Shown: piece after piece, positions 63,503 to 64,000 of the stretch
Layout: every line of letters begins with the position of its first letter
How positions within the stretch are numbered: position 1 is the first letter of the stretch
Assembly (NCBI GenBank): GCA_045600725.1
Contig: JAZRYK010000027.1
Coordinates: 427 to 64,426 of the forward strand
Source of the DNA: Lachnospiraceae bacterium
GTDB taxonomy: Bacteria > Bacillota > Clostridia > Lachnospirales > Lachnospiraceae
Direction of reading: 5' to 3'
Length of the DNA stretch: 64,000 nt
Notes under the pieces: generated by a model
Database searches by the model: none
The model's input: the letters and a program-made list of their open reading frames with translations, nothing else
What the model was told of the DNA's origin: nothing
Position numbers and translations under genes: made by a program

Positions 63503-64000
63503 TTATTCGTACATATATGAATAAAAACTCTTTGCGGTTTCGGGTCTGGGGGAATTGATGATAATTCCGTAAATAATCTGAATTCCGTCTCCGTAACATA
63601 AATTTTCATGAAGGAATGGTGCGTCGGTTACGTCTATAAATACCGGAGCAGACGCACCTGTGAGATTTCCGTCATCATCTTTGAATTCATACCAGATAAC
63701 TTTATCACCGAGGGATTCAAGTTCTTCTTCCGTATAAAGTGTTCTGAGGTCTGCAAAGAACTCGGAATTTGCGTAATTGTACAGGGACTCGTAGTCTCCG
63801 ACAATACCGTCAAGATCCTTCGCGGCAATTTCTGCGACAATCTTTTCAATATTTAAGTAAGATGTATCATCTTCCAAGGAAGGATTAAGGATATATTGAC
63901 CGACGAGGCTTACATATTCCTTTGAGGTGTCGATTCCCGCATAGGAAGCAAATGCTTCGGTATCGGGAGAAGTCATTGAATTGATAAGAAAAATATTTAC
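63503..64000 (-). CDS. hypothetical protein, 5' partial (frame open to the window edge)
   Basis: There is no in-frame stop between the first ATG (63976) and position 64000. Composition is acidic and coding-like. No family was recognised. Confidence 0.5.
   Translation of the reverse strand, partial: VNIFLINSMTSPDTEAFASYAGIDTSKEYVSLVGQYILNPSLEDDTSYLNIEKIVAEIAAKDLDGIVGDYESLYNYANSEFFADLRTLYTEEELESLGDKVIWYEFKDDDGNLTGASAPVFIDVTDAPFLHENLCYGDGIQIIYGIIINSPRPETAKSFYSYMYE

Noticed and set aside
1-64000. I looked for mobile elements, prophage or defence genes, CRISPR repeats, tRNA/rRNA and toxin-antitoxin pairs.
   Set aside because: I found no transposase, integrase, recombinase, nuclease-helicase or methylase-restriction signatures in any translated ORF. 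I saw no regularly spaced direct repeats and no cloverleaf-like or rRNA-like stretches. By eye I cannot exclude small RNAs.

Overview
This 64-kb window looks like core chromosome of a low-GC, strictly anaerobic Firmicute. Clostridia, possibly Ruminococcus- or Lachnospiraceae-like, is my inference from gene content and protein styles, not a search result. I call 42 CDS, 36 on the + strand and 2 cut by the window edges. I recognised no rRNA, tRNA, CRISPR array, transposase, integrase or phage gene. Anchors are rpoB-rpoC (41.6-49.6 kb) and a glycerol block (GlpA-like dehydrogenase, flavoprotein, DUF1667, glpK). Housekeeping genes include pncB-nadE, nagA, glmM, tcdA, hisC, hslO and a desulfoferrodoxin. 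Carbohydrate genes include a cytoplasmic GH9, a domain-permuted GH3 and a CE2-type esterase. Signalling genes are dense: two classical two-component pairs, two hybrid kinases, a stand-alone Hpt, a REC-HD-GYP and a PAS-GGDEF. There is no obvious defence island or mobile element. The most unusual item is a 2116-aa secreted protein (3492-9842). About 300 residues near its N-terminus, shortly after the signal peptide, are roughly one-quarter cysteine, arranged as a tandem array of CxxCGxC knuckles that I cannot assign to a described extracellular domain. It sits directly downstream of a three-gene sensory cassette. Other items worth checking: a 56-nt intergenic repeat with a conserved hairpin present twice (18.2 kb and 49.7 kb), a possible Hpt phosphorelay feeding an HD-GYP phosphodiesterase, and a zinc-ribbon membrane protein coupled to a TPM protein. 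Also worth checking are a large insertion in rpoC that looks like a local duplication, a second Cys/His-module surface protein with a polypurine-encoded KE-rich spacer, and a terminator that all hisC transcription must cross. All family assignments come from motifs read by eye in the supplied translations. None is database-verified.
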